NCBI GenBank assembly: GCA_951406725.2
Contig: OX597830.1
Span: 44,330,001 to 44,394,000 of the forward strand
From: Octopus vulgaris
Taxonomy: Eukaryota
DNA: 64,000 bases
Direction of reading: 5' to 3'
The notes under the pieces were generated by a model. That model saw nothing but the letters and a program-made list of their open reading frames with translations. It was not told the DNA's origin and searched no databases. Positions 37,987 through 51,414 of the stretch are shown in pieces; the stretch's first letter is position 1; each line of letters opens with the position of its first letter. The position numbers and the translations under genes were made by a program.

Positions 37987-38479
37987 TCACAAGGCGTTGG
38001 TCAGCCAGAGGCCATAGTAGAAGACACTTGCTCAAGGTGCCACGCAGTGGGACTGAACCCGGAACCATGTGGTTGGGAAGCAAGCTTATGTAAATAAAAG
38101 CAAACTCGTGATCCATAATCCCAAAGTGGTCTTGCTAGTATACTGTATCAATCGTTTTAAGGCCCCTGCACACAACTGCTACGTATTCGTTGATCCTATG
38201 CTGGTTTCATCGGTCCTTTATGTCAAGTCGCTCTAAGTCTATAAGTAACCAGTGAACCAGTGCATCGTGTTACATTGTTGGGTCGGCGATGACAGAGTCG
38301 GGCATTTAGGCCAGCTTTACGAGCAGGTTTGTGAGAAATCCAACTAAACCCAAAGAAAACCTGTCAAGGGACATACAGACGTACGTACAAACATACATAC
38401 ATGTATATATACAAGTTTAAATACATACATACATGCACGCAAACATACATACATACATACATACATACATACATAAATA

Positions 38480-39240
38480 CATAAGAACCCACAGTATGGA
38501 ATACTGGTTGAATGTACCTAGTGAAACAAATAAAATGTAAGCACTACATACCTGATATAATGATTTGGGTTAGAGAAGAGAAACTATGCACAGATGTGGA
38601 AATTTTCCTGCCCAGCGAATGTTAACATAAAGCTGAAGATTAGTGAAAAAGGGAATACCTATGCTGAACTATTGGGAAATCTGCAGTTACTCTATCCAGA
38701 TTGCAAGTTCAGGTTTATACCTGTAATAATTGGGGGTGTGGGATATGTAACACGCTGCCTAAATACCAATCTTGAGAAATTAGGTTTCTGAAAACCAGAT
38801 AGGAGAAAGCAAATTCGAAGACTACAGATCCAATCCATCACTGGAACTGTAAAAGTCTGTAAAACTTTCCAGAAGTTTATCATTTGAATATATATAAGCA
38901 TGTCTCGATATGCAAATGTATGCATGAGAATACATACATAAAACATACAAACCTGCACATACATTCATACATACATACATACATACATACATACATACAT
39001 ACATACATACATACATACATACATACACACATACACACATACACACATACATACATACATACATACATACATACATACATACATACATACATACATACAT
39101 ACATACATACATGCATGTCTAACGACAAAAATACCGTGTTGTTGATGTTGAAATTCCAATGAAGGAGCCTTGAATCTAGGTTAGAAATCGCCTCTTTCTC
39201 TATTAACAAGAAATCTTGAAATAAAACTGAATAATGACAT
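38480..39240 (+). mobile_element. R4/Dong LINE 3' fragment with 3' UTR, embedded in (CATA)n
   Basis: PDIMIW.REEKLC...NIKLKISEK.NTYAELL..LQLLYPD.KFRFIPVIIG. The 3' end ...AAAACTGAATAATGA runs into (CATA)n; the same UTR end is inverted at 35395-35500. Confidence 0.85.
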
Positions 39241-39247
39241 ACATACA

Positions 39248-39281
<34 letters not shown>

Positions 39282-39725
39282 CATACATGCATGCATGCAT
39301 ACATATGCATTCATATAGACACGTATTTATGCATGAATACATACATACATTGGTGTACATACACACGCTCAAAGCAAAATATTTAAGAAGGTAAGAACAC
39401 GAAATACTCGCATAATTGAAAACAGAATTTCAAGTAAGTATGAACAGTATTTTCTGTCTTTAATAGATTATATTTTAAGAACGACGAAATGGAATTTATT
39501 AAGAGGTGATTGACACAACAGTTAAATACATTTACAACTGTTATAATTAAGGCCTAACATCAGGCTGACCTCGCTAGAGGTTGTCAGAAGTCAGTCTCGT
39601 GTATAATTATGATAATTATGTTAAACAGGGTATCAAGTAAATTGACAATTATTGCGGAGAATGTGATACAGAATGAATTCCAAAATCCAGTCATCGGTGA
39701 CTCGACAGTGTTAAGAATAATAAAA

Positions 39726-39726
39726 G

Positions 39727-39769
<43 letters not shown>

Positions 39770-39824
39770 AATAATAATAATAATGATGATGATGATGATG
39801 ATGATAATGATGATGATGATGATG

Positions 39825-39859
<35 letters not shown>

Positions 39860-39860
39860 C
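39726..39860. repeat. (GAT)n/(AAT)n compound trinucleotide microsatellite
   Basis: Directly visible. Confidence 0.95.
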
Positions 39861-39997
39861 CTTTCTATTATAGGCACAAGGCCTGACATTTAGGGGAGGG
39901 TGATAGTCGATTACATCGACCCCAGTACTCAACTGGTATTTATTTTATCGAAATAATAATAAGAATATCAATATTATTATTATTATTATTGTTGTTG

Positions 39998-40054
<57 letters not shown>

Positions 40055-40057
<3 letters not shown>

Positions 40058-40592
40058 TTATTAGCCACAAGACATACAGCAACATAAAAGACAAAAAACA
40101 GGACGATACAATGGGTTTTACAGCGTGTAAACAATATATATATAACAATAAGAAACTAAACAAATTAAAACTCCCAATAGGGAAGGCACTTTAAGGTCCT
40201 CATAGAAAAGTCCACAAAAGCCACGGGTGCCTGAACAACAGGGCAAGTATCCTACTCCTTTACTTCTCTTTTTACAGATGTATGCTCAGAAATTGGTCCT
40301 TTCACACAGGCCATTATTCCAACATTCACCCACCTTTCAACAAACTTGCCACAAGGCAACACTTCCTTCTCCCCCCTCAACTTCCTTTTCAATTGAAACT
40401 TGAAAAAGTTGATGAGGGCTTGGTCAAAGAGAAAAGTATCTGTCTTCAGCCCTTTCAAACGGGTCCACCATACTACCTCCTTCGCTACAACCACTAGACA
40501 AATAAAAATTGCCTACGCATCCAGGCAGCGCCCCTCAGTTGCACTACCAGGCAAGGGATTTCTGGAAGTTATCCATAGGCCCAGGCCCGAAA
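40055..40592 (-). mobile_element. Tx1-type LINE 3' fragment
   Basis: VVAKEVVWWTRLKGL...LINFFKFQLKRKLRGEKEVL...FVERW is homologous to 19720-19890; ends GTGGCTAATAAAA. Confidence 0.75.
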
Positions 40593-40662
40593 GTACATAG
40601 ATATGAATGTAAACAGCTAGACATACAGACGGATAGGTACACAGGTAATATGAACAGATAAG

Positions 40663-40732
<70 letters not shown>

Positions 40733-40918
40733 TGAAGACTGAAACATATGACCATATGCACACACATTTCACTTCACACAAGGACACATATGGAGACACA
40801 TCATACATACAGACACAGTACATAGTCACCAAAGAAAACCCATACACATAAAAACATACAAACACATGAATATGCAGAATACATAGATAAAACGTACACA
40901 CATAGATGCATACATATA

Positions 40919-40951
<33 letters not shown>

Positions 40952-41257
40952 CGCACACGCACACACATAAGGTATACACACATACATATGTATGCGTACA
41001 CACACTGACCCACACACATGCGCACAAACAAACAAAAATAACGCAGCTCGGATAACGGACAGAGTCAACGACTATTGAGAAGGCTACAAGACAACGAAAA
41101 TTTTAGGAATAATAAATAATTAATGAGTGGCAACTTTACCCGTGCGTGTGTTAAATAATAAGGCACTAAAAGAGAATGACTCTCCTCAGACACAACAGAA
41201 TATGCTTCAACACACAAACTCACATAAAGAATCTTGCAAACCAAATCCCAAAACAAA

Positions 41258-41276
41258 GTGTATGTATGTATGTATG

Positions 41277-41315
<39 letters not shown>

Positions 41316-41478
41316 ATGTATGTATGTATGTATGTATGTATGTATGTGTGTGTGTATATGTATGTGTGTGTGTATGTATGTATGTATGTATGTGTGTGTG
41401 TGTATGTATGTATGTATGTATGTATGTGTGTGTGTGTGTGTGTATATGTATGTATGTATGTATGTATGTGTGTGTGTA

Positions 41479-41513
<35 letters not shown>

Positions 41514-41666
41514 GTGTGTGTGTGTGTATATATATGTATGTATGTATGTATGTGTGTGTGTGTATATATGTATGTATGTATGTGTGTGTGTATATATATA
41601 TATGTATGTATGTATGTATGTGTGTGTGTGTATGCATGTATGTATGTATGTGCGTGTGTGTGTGTA

Positions 41667-41729
<63 letters not shown>

Positions 41730-41912
41730 ATGTATGTATGTGTGTGTGTGTGTGTATGTATGTATGCATGCATGTATGTATGTATGTATGTATGTATGTA
41801 TGTATGTATGTATGTATGTATGTATGTATGTATGTATGTATGTATGTATGTATGTATGTATGTATGTATGTATGTATGTATGTATGTATGTGTGTATGTA
41901 TGTATGTATGTG
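41258..41912. repeat. Compound (TATG)n/(TG)n microsatellite
   Basis: Directly visible. Confidence 0.97.
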
Positions 41913-42497
41913 CATGTCTTTCTGTTTGTATTTGTCCTCCAGTGTTGGCGTGCTTTCGCCAGAAAAAGAAATCGGCACGATAAACACCAGGTTTTAAAAA
42001 AGTGCTGGGGTCAAATCCGTTCGACTAAAATTCCTCCACGAGGTGCCCCAGCGTGGTCGCAGTCTAATGACCGAAACAAGTAACAGATCGAAGACAAAAA
42101 AAAAATTAATAAATCAAAATAAAAGATGATTTTCATGACAAGATTAATTCTAACATAGTTTTTTCATGTATTATAATTTGTTAAATGTAGGATTAGTATT
42201 CAAGAGATAGATATAGCGTGGTATCATATAATACTTTTTTCTGCAATGGGCACAAAGCCCGAAATTTAGGGGAACAGGGGAGAGCTGATCACATTGACCC
42301 AGTACTCAATTGGTACTTATTTTACGTTCTGAGTTCAAATTCCGCTGAGGTCGACTTTGCCTTTCATCCTTTCGGGGTCGATTTAATAAGTACCAGTTAC
42401 GCACTGGGGTCGAAGTAATCGACTTCATCCCTTTGTCTGTCCTTGTTTGTCCCCTCTATGTTTAGCCTCCTGTGGGCAATAAAGAAATAAATATCAA

Positions 42498-42877
42498 CCG
42501 CAGGAGTGGCTGTGTGGTAAGTAGCTTGCTTACAAACCACATGGTTCTGGGTTCAGTCCCACTGCGTGGCACCTTGGGCAAGTGTCTTCTACTATAGCCT
42601 CGGGCCGACCAAAGCCTTGTGAGTGGATTTGGTAGACGGAAACTTGACAGAAGCCCGTCGTATATATGTGTGTGTGTGTGTGTTTGTCTCCCCAACATCG
42701 CTTGACAACCGATGCTGGTGTGATTGCATCTCCGTAACTTAGCGGTTCGACAAAACAGGCCGATAGAATAAGTACTAGGCTTACAAAGAATAAGTCCTGA
42801 GGTCGATTTGTTCGACTAAAGGCAGTGCTCCAGTATGGCCGCAGTCAAATGACTGAAACAAGTAAAAGAGTAAAAGA
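42498..42877 (+). mobile_element. tRNA-derived SINE, family A, well-preserved copy
   Basis: Head CGCAGGAGTGGCTGTGTGGTAAG...GGTTCAGTCCC and tail AAGGCAGTGCTCCAGTATGGCCGCAGTCAAATGACTGAAACAAG(TAAAAGAG)2. Confidence 0.88.
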
Positions 42878-43076
42878 GCTTAAATGTCCGCGCGTGTGCG
42901 TGCGTGCGTGCGTGTTTATGAGTGCGTTTGCGTCGGTGGGTTTGCTAGAGTTGTTTACATTTCAAGTGGAAAACTTAATGTCCAATAAGAAAGAAAAAAA
43001 CAACAAACATTATTTGGAAAGGCTGGGAGAAGAAAGATAAGAATAGAGTGTGTATTTTAAACATATAATCTCTTAC

Positions 43077-43151
43077 TCTTTTTTTATAAGTTTTCCTATA
43101 CCCTCGACGGTAAATGTCTTCAAGTAGCATCAATGTGTTATCCTCCGGCAT
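43077..43151 (-). CDS. Candidate alternative first coding exon of the TRPM gene (MPEDNTLMLLEDIYRRGYRKTYKKR)
   Basis: ACCATGC start context, 25 codons, phase-0 donor AGA/GTAAGA compatible with the 14531 acceptor, apparently unique sequence. No homology support. Confidence 0.3.
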
Positions 43152-43981
43152 GGTAAAGCAACCAGAATCATCGAAATCCAAGATTATGTAGAGTAGATTA
43201 GATGTAAAGGAATTTAGTTCGGTCTTTTTTTTTTCATTTGTTTTTTTGTTTTCAAATGCTTTTTGCTTGAATGAAAGCAACACGCAAATATATCTCGTTG
43301 GACAAGTCTCGAATGAACGAAAAATAATAATAGATAAATAAAAACGAAAATAAAAATAAAGTACTTCTGCACTGAATTTCAGTCAGGCAAGCGTGTAAAT
43401 TTTAATCCAGTTGGAAAGGAATACATAATTATACAGACATTAACAATTAGCAATCACTAGAAACACAACACATCGACTAATTATTATGTGGAGAGGGCCA
43501 ATAGTTGAAATCACCATGCAAGCGAAGACGATATGTATATGTTGCTTACAAACGTGGTACCCGGAAATACTTGCTTCCAAAGTGGCAGAATAACAGATAC
43601 ACCATAGTACGGAATGTGGACTATTGATTTCTGTTAAGAGTCAAAAGATGACAGCAAACGTGGTTGATTCTTAAAGCGTACTAGAAAATACTTCAACCAG
43701 CCTGCTGCGTGAAAATGTGTTCGATAAAACCAGGATAGTAGGAGATACTCATCAAATTTGTTATGCAAGAAATAATATAATTAATAGACCCTGGAATGGC
43801 TGTGTGGTAAGAAGTTTGCTTACCAATCGTTTGGTTTAGAGTTCAGTGGCGACTTGATCGAGAGTCTTCTATTATTGCTCTGGTCCGAACTATTTAATAC
43901 ATACGCACACACTGGCTACACACAAACACATGCCCACTCACTCACACACGCACTCACTCTTTCTCGCACACACTACACTAC

Positions 43982-44016
<35 letters not shown>

Positions 44017-44429
44017 CACACTCTTTCCCTCCCCGCCTCTCTTTCTCTCACGCACTCATATACACTTATTAACTTTTACAAAGAAAAAGTTTGCTGGTGA
44101 CTTTACAGTTTCGGCTTGTTCGCTATATAAAATGACGTCCAACCAACCGAAACTAGTCACTCTGAACGTTTTCCTAGAAGAAAAAAAATTAACAAAGAAG
44201 CCGGGAATAATCATTCAGTTTGGTGTTAAATTGATAACTTAACATAAAAACAATCATACATACATACATACATACATACATACATACATACATACATACA
44301 TACATACATACATACATACATACATACATAGCGACTATGGTAAATAGCAGGCACAACCGCAACGATTATTGTAGTAGTAGTAGAAGTGGTGGTGGTGTTG
44401 GTGGTGGTGGTGGTAGTAGTAGTAGTAGT

Positions 44430-47193
44430 CAGGATTATATGCCGTTGAAATGTGCCCTTAGTGAAATTTTCCGAGAAAAAATAACTTTGGATTTGAAGGA
44501 CTTTCTCGAGGAGAGTATTCTCTACTAAAATAAGTAAAAATCACCAGATACAGTATTAGAAGTTGTTAACAAAATTTGTGCTGAGTATTTACAACAGTGT
44601 GATGAACCCACATTCTGGCAGATTAACACCTGTCTATATGCTCTGGCTACTACTGTAAAATAGTACATGAATTATATTCAGAAAGTAAACAAAACCGGAA
44701 AAACAAAGAAAGTACCATTATGGGTTTTGAAGACAGAGAAAAAGATAACTGATTTGGAGAAGACCATCAGTCATGTAATGATGCTTATTGCATGCAAACA
44801 AGCGAATCACTAAACGGTCCCACCAACAGAAAGTAAAGTAGGAGATAGAAATGGTGTTTGGAGACAACAAAAGGAGGATACTCACTTGCAAACTGATTAC
44901 GTTCAAGCAGGAACTAAAAGCTGTCAGTGAAAAACTCCGACATCAGAAGAGAATAACCGAGAGAAGAACAATAAATAAAAAATTTAGCTGAAACCAGGCA
45001 GCAGTATACAGAAACATGAGAGGAGGAGCAATAAATATCACGGAAGCTCCTTCATGAAAATACATAGACGCCTTCTGGAAGAAAATCTGGAGTGAAAAGA
45101 AGGAATTTAACCAAGATGCTTTGTGGATGGAAGAAATCCGAAAAACTTATTGCTCCTACGTTACATCCAAGACATACAAACATTGATGGTGAAACTCTCG
45201 AAACTGTCATCCAGAAACTCCAGGATGGAAAAATACCTGGAAGAGACTTGATTGTTGGATATTGGTACAAGAAGCTAACATTCTACCGAGCATACCTTAT
45301 CAATCTGTGCCAGCAAGCTTTCATTGGGAACAGTAGCGTGCCACACGGGCTAGCTCTGGCTGAGACAAAATTGATCCCCAAATACTGAACTACCTACACG
45401 GCAAAAAATTACCGGTCAATTGCATGCCAGAACTTAATGTATAAAATATTTACAGCATGTTTAAACCTCTTCCTCCAGGGCCATTGTGAAACCAATAACA
45501 TTATCACAGCAGAACAAGCAGCTGGGAAGAAGGGAGTCTGGTGATGTGCCGAGTAATTGCTTATCAACAAAACTGTGATGTCAGAGGCGCGAGAGTACAG
45601 GAGAAACCTAGTTTCAATGTGGCTAGGTGACAAACAAGCCTTTGACTCTGTTCCCATTCACGGATGCTGGAAGCCCTTCAACTTGCCAAAGTTCCAGTGA
45701 AAATAGTCAAATCCATAGCTGACCTGACCTCATCGTAAGCCACCATCTTGAAATTAAACACAAAGAGCGAATGTATTATCACCGATAGAATACAATATCG
45801 CATATTCTAAGGAGACAGCTTCTCTGCGATGTTTATACTTTCTGTAAACCCCATGTCATTCATGTTAAGGAAGTCTGAAGTCTATCTCACTGATTCACAA
45901 GGAAACAGAAATACCAAAATCACACACGGTTTCTTTGTGGGTGACTTAAAACTTTATGCAAAGAATATGCATGAGATGAAAAGAGTCTTGACCTAGTTAC
46001 AATATTCTCAAAAGATGTAGGGTTGATGTTTGGTCAGGATAAATGTTGTTATATGATTATGAAAAGGGCGAAAACTATAAACCAGACTAGCAGCATCTCT
46101 GTCAATGATTTGTCTGTCTCCCCTGTATCTGACGAGGAATGTTACAGGTATCTAGGGGTGGATGAAAATGTATCTTACAGTGGCACCTTTAACACAACGC
46201 GTGTCACTAAAGAATATTACAACCAAATAAAGAAAATTTGGATCTCAGAACTCTAGTGGCCCACAATGTGTTTGCAGTGCCAATACTCATACCAACATTT
46301 GGGTCGCTTGATGAGATCCGAGCCATTGATGTGAAAATCCGAAAAATATTAACAAGCACTTATAATTTCCACATAAACAGTGACATAAACCGCCTCTATC
46401 TAAAACAGAAACTAAATATCGATCCAAAATGCCTTTGAATGTCGCACCATATCCCTTCGGCAACAAATTTCAACCACCAGAGTTGAAGTGCATCCCTTGA
46501 CCAAGTTTGCATACATGAAGCTGATAACATCATAAGACTTGGAAGGCAGCTCCTTGAGCAACATTCTTTGTCTGAATAGAATACATGCCCAAAGAAGTCG
46601 CACAACTCTACCGCAACGTATCATCAGATGAAAGGATGGGCCTGTATAAGCAGAAGACTACGCATGAATATGTTTGTAGAAAGCTCCGAGATGATAGTGA
46701 CATCGTTCATCAAAGCAGTTTATCTTGGGCCAGTAGCAGGTTTACTACCTCCCACTTTGAAGGGTATGTGTTTGCAATCCAGAAACAGGAAATATCAACC
46801 AAGTACCTGATGCACAAAAGGGATAGAGATGCGGGAAAAGCCGTAAAATGTGACAACTGATGCAGACTTTGTGGAGTTAACACCGAAAATATCACCCACA
46901 CCATAAGCAGCGTCCGAAAATGTCATCACGGTATTATCTACCGATGAGATATGAGGACACTCTATAATGAAATCCGTCAGAAGGATAATCCCGAGGACAA
47001 AGAAATATAAACCCACAGTATGGCAGAAGCCATAGCCACTCATAATGAAAAGGAGTACTGGTGGAATGTACCAGTGAAGACCTCAATAAAATGTAAGCAC
47101 AACATACCTGATATAATGGTTTGGGATAGAGAAGAGAAACTGTGCACAGTTGTGGAAATTAGCTGCCCAGAGGATGTTAACATAAAGCTGAAG
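44430..47193 (+). mobile_element. Decayed R4/Dong-clade (RLE) non-LTR retrotransposon
   Basis: KIPGRDLIVGYWYKKL, YRSIACQNLMYKIFT, KQAFDSVP, FFVGDLKLYAK, FGQDKC, YRYLGVDE, EGYVFAIQKQEISTKY, CRLCG...ENITH (CCHC), and KHNIPDIMVWD...VEISCP (PD-D/ExK nuclease). Confidence 0.9.
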
Positions 47194-47347
47194 TATGTAT
47201 GTGCGTGTGTACCTGTGTGTGTGTGTGAGTCCGTGTGTATGTGTGTGTATAGATATATTCCCCACACACACATTCACACATACATACATACATACATACA
47301 TACATACATACATACATACATACATACATACATACATACATACATAC

Positions 47348-47825
47348 ATAAGAACACACAGTATAGTAGAAGTCATTGCCACTCATAATAAAAAGGAATA
47401 CTGGTGGAATGTACCAGTGAAGGCCAATAAAATGTAAGCACAACATACCTGATATAATGATTTGGGATAGAGAAGAGAAACTATGCACAGTTGTGGAAAT
47501 TTTCCTGCCCAGCGAATGTTAACATAAAGCTGAAGATTAGTGAAAAAGAGAATACCTATGCTGAACTATTGGGAAATCTGCAGTTACTCTATCCAGATTG
47601 CAAGTTCAGGTTTATACCTGTAATAATTGGGGTTGTGGGATATGTAACATACTGCCTAAATACAAATATTGAAAAATTAGGCTTCTCAAAACCAGAAAGG
47701 AGGAAGCTAATTCGAAGACTACAGATCCATTGGACTTATTGGACTAAGAATTCTTCAAGACAGTCTAATGACTGAAACAAGTAAAAGACCATCACTGGAA
47801 CTGTAAAAATCTGTAAATCTTTCGG
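47348..47825 (+). mobile_element. R4/Dong LINE 3' fragment following (CATA)n
   Basis: Near-identical to 38480-38870, with the same 5' start point. Confidence 0.85.
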
Positions 47826-48124
47826 AATTTAACGCATTGTCCCTCCATAAGAAAGGATTGAGAGTCAATTCATTATAAGTATTTTTAAGGATAATATGGA
47901 ACGTATGGTAAACCATAGGTGCAGACGTGGCTGTGTGGTAAGATGCTTGCAGCCCAAACACATGATTCTTGGTTCAGTCTCACTGCGACTGCGTGGCACC
48001 TTGTACTAGTATTTTTTACTATAACCTCGGGCCAACCAAAGCCTTGTGGTGGATTTGGTAAACGGAAACTGAAAAAGAAGCCCGTCACACACACACACAC
48101 ACACAACACACATATATATATATG

Positions 48125-48369
<245 letters not shown>

Positions 48370-49359
48370 GTGTGTGTATATCTTTGAGTCTGTGTTTGTA
48401 CCTCACCACCACTTGATAACTGGTGTTAGTGTATTTACGTCCCCGTAACTTAGCGGTCGGTAAAAGAGATCGATTGATTAAGAACCAGGCTTTAAAAAAA
48501 GTATCGGGGTCAATTTATTGGACTAAGAATTCTTCAAGACAGTCTAATGACTGAAACAAGTAAAAGACCAAAGATAAAAGATACACCGTTTTAATATTTG
48601 TTCAAGAAGACACACGCAAGCGGCAGACCCATTTTGTCTGTTATTAAAAAAGCTTATAACTTTCTTATACTGAAATCCACCGCAAATACATCAGTTCTAA
48701 GCCAACGAGGAAGCCTTCAAATGGGAACCCGCCCAGTTAAAAATAACAGCCAAATTTCACTGCCTGTCGTCATAAAAAGGATAGACACTGAATAATCTAA
48801 TCTCAGATATCCCTTAAAAGATACAATGATCATAATTGGAATAATTTTGATCACAATTGCTCCGAATCTTTCCATACAATTTGAGAATTTATGCTCATAT
48901 ATTAGAAATCATTGCATTAAATATTTGTACGAGACTTTTCAATTATTCATTGTTTAGAGAATTAAACTATGATTATGATCATTATATTGATGGTAGACCA
49001 GTGTTCTGATAGACAAGTTGGTTTCAATTATTTAAAACGTTTAGGTGTTGCAGGACAACGCAGACGTCTTTTGCTATCTACATTTGCAAGAAAACCTTTT
49101 TGTTGGCTCACATAACACAATTATCTGTGGCTGATAGAATGGGCGAAATCTTAGATAGAAACCAGAATGATGTTCTACAGTATTCCACTTACCAAAATAT
49201 GATGGTTTCGAGAAAAAGAATACATAAAACGTCTTATTATTTCTCTATGAAAACACATGACTCAACTGTTCAAATTCCCCTTTATATCGTCATCTTTCTT
49301 GATTTAGATTCTTATTCACCTAATTTAGCCATTTTATGCCAGTGTGTGTGCGCGTATGA

Positions 49360-49484
<125 letters not shown>

Positions 49485-49872
49485 GATATGAAAACCACGT
49501 TTAAAGAAAGATTTTAATCAGAAAAGGGATGGAAATGATCTACAGTGTATTCTGTGAAAAGAATAAAAAAAGAAACGACTACATTTAGCACCAAAGTACC
49601 ACCAAACAATCAATAAAATACTGGCTTATTTTTGAATTTAAATTATGTAATACAACGCAAATACCAATCAATATAGTAATACTAGCATATTTTCATCATA
49701 GTAGTAAATTCTACGTCTCCTAAGTCTATTTTCAGGATGATGAAATGTTGTGATCCAGTTTTTCGCATCGTTATGTATGATACTTAGCAACAGTAGAGTA
49801 AAACATATATCATCAGCCTAGAAATTTTGCTCGTAAACTGTCGGTTTTGCATGAAAACTGTTGCGTCCCATA

Positions 49873-50757
49873 TGTACTACATATGTGGGAAATTCTGTGG
49901 GTGTGTTTGTGGAGTTGTTAGCTAACTCCTCCTACATCGTTTAATCGATTTTGATGAAACTTGACACGTGAGTAGAATTCATGTCTAGAAACCTCATGGC
50001 ATACTCAGATTGTTGAAAACATATCGATAATAGGGCCCCTGGAAGAGATCCTTATATATGTCTAATATAATTTCTTTTAACAGCCGAGGGAAATAACCCA
50101 TTCGCCCCTGGATGGGAAATAACCCATTCATTTTCCTAAATTATTTAGTATAAATCAAATTGAGTATGCTTATTTCTTCGTATTTGAACTGCTAGAGTTA
50201 TTTTCGCAATTTATCCAGCACAACTCTGAAACAATAGTATTTTCCTAAACAATAGATCCACTTATTTCGGTTAATGACTTATTCACGAATACATCCACAC
50301 TAGCGCCGCTGAGGGTAATATTCTCTGGAAACGCACAAAATCCCTTTTCAGAGTTATTTACTTTGAATTGTTATTATCTCATATCTGATTAGCCTGTTAT
50401 TACGTAATATGCTTCACGATTTTAGTATACAAACCTTAGTATTTCCTCCTAAGTTCTATATACTCTGGGAACGCATTGAAGCCCCTTTCGGGGCTACTTT
50501 ATTTGAATTCTTACTGTCGGGTAACTAATTTCATGTTATCATATAACTGACTTCACAATTTGGGTATCCATAACTTACTGGGAATTCCTAAAAACAAGAT
50601 CCTGTGTAAGACAGTTCAGCATTCTCTGTAAATGCACAAAAACCGTTTTAAGGGCTACATACTTTGTATTGTTGCTGTTGGATTAGCCAAACAATTATGA
50701 AAATAGAACCAAGGGATAAGCCCCGCTTTCCCTGGAATTACCGGGTACATCACCTAG
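49873..50757 (+). mobile_element. Non-autonomous Helitron with internal ~150-bp tandem repeats
   Basis: Lep1-like 5' block (AACTCCTCC..ATCGATTTTGATGAAACTT), 3' hairpin CCCTGGAATTACCGGG, then CTAG/T. Diverged repeats at ~50320, 50461 and 50622. Confidence 0.7.
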
Positions 50758-50907
50758 TAAACAATAAACTGATTAGACAACAGACCATTTCGTAAGTTTT
50801 GTATTTAATGATGAAAATTATATAATTCCTTGTGTGTATATAATTGCATAAATTTGTTTACGCAATAAAAGCAAACCTGTCTTTGAGTACATTTATGATC
50901 TTATAGT

Positions 50908-51285
50908 GGAGGTGCAATGGCCCAGTAGTTAGGGAGCGGACTTGCAGTCGTAGGATCGTAGTTTCGATTCCCAGACCGGGCGTTGTGAGTGTTTATTGAG
51001 CGAAAACTTTTAAATCTCCACAAGGTTCCGGCAAGGGGTGATGGCAAGCCCTGTTGTACTCTTTCACCACAACTTTTTCTCACTCTTTCTTCCTGTTTCT
51101 GTTGTACCTGTATTTCAAAGGGCCAACCTTGTCACACTCTGTGTCACGCTGAATCTCTCCGGGAACTACGTTTAGGGTACACGTGTCTGTGGAGTGCTCA
51201 GCCACTTGCACGTTAATTTCACGAGCAGGCTGTTCTGTTGATTGGATCAACTGGAATCCTCGTCGTCGTAACCGACGGAGTGCCG
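50908..51285 (+). mobile_element. tRNA-derived SINE, family C
   Basis: Homologous to 27468-27840; followed by a (TAA)n tail. Confidence 0.85.
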
Positions 51286-51414
51286 TAATAATAATAATCT
51301 TACAACAATATAAATGTGAAAAATGTTAATTGATTCATTCATTTTTATGACAGATATATTAGAGTTTTACCGGAGTCTAAATATAAATTTTAAAAAATCG
51401 AAGAATAATATGAG

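Noticed and set aside
39584-39932. Poly-Ile, poly-Met and poly-His ORFs
   Set aside because: Translations of a trinucleotide microsatellite.
50908-50980. tRNA-like sequences (also 27770-27840, 31520-31592, 42500-42570, 61815-61885)
   Set aside because: A/B-box heads of SINEs followed by SINE bodies, with no clean cloverleaf.
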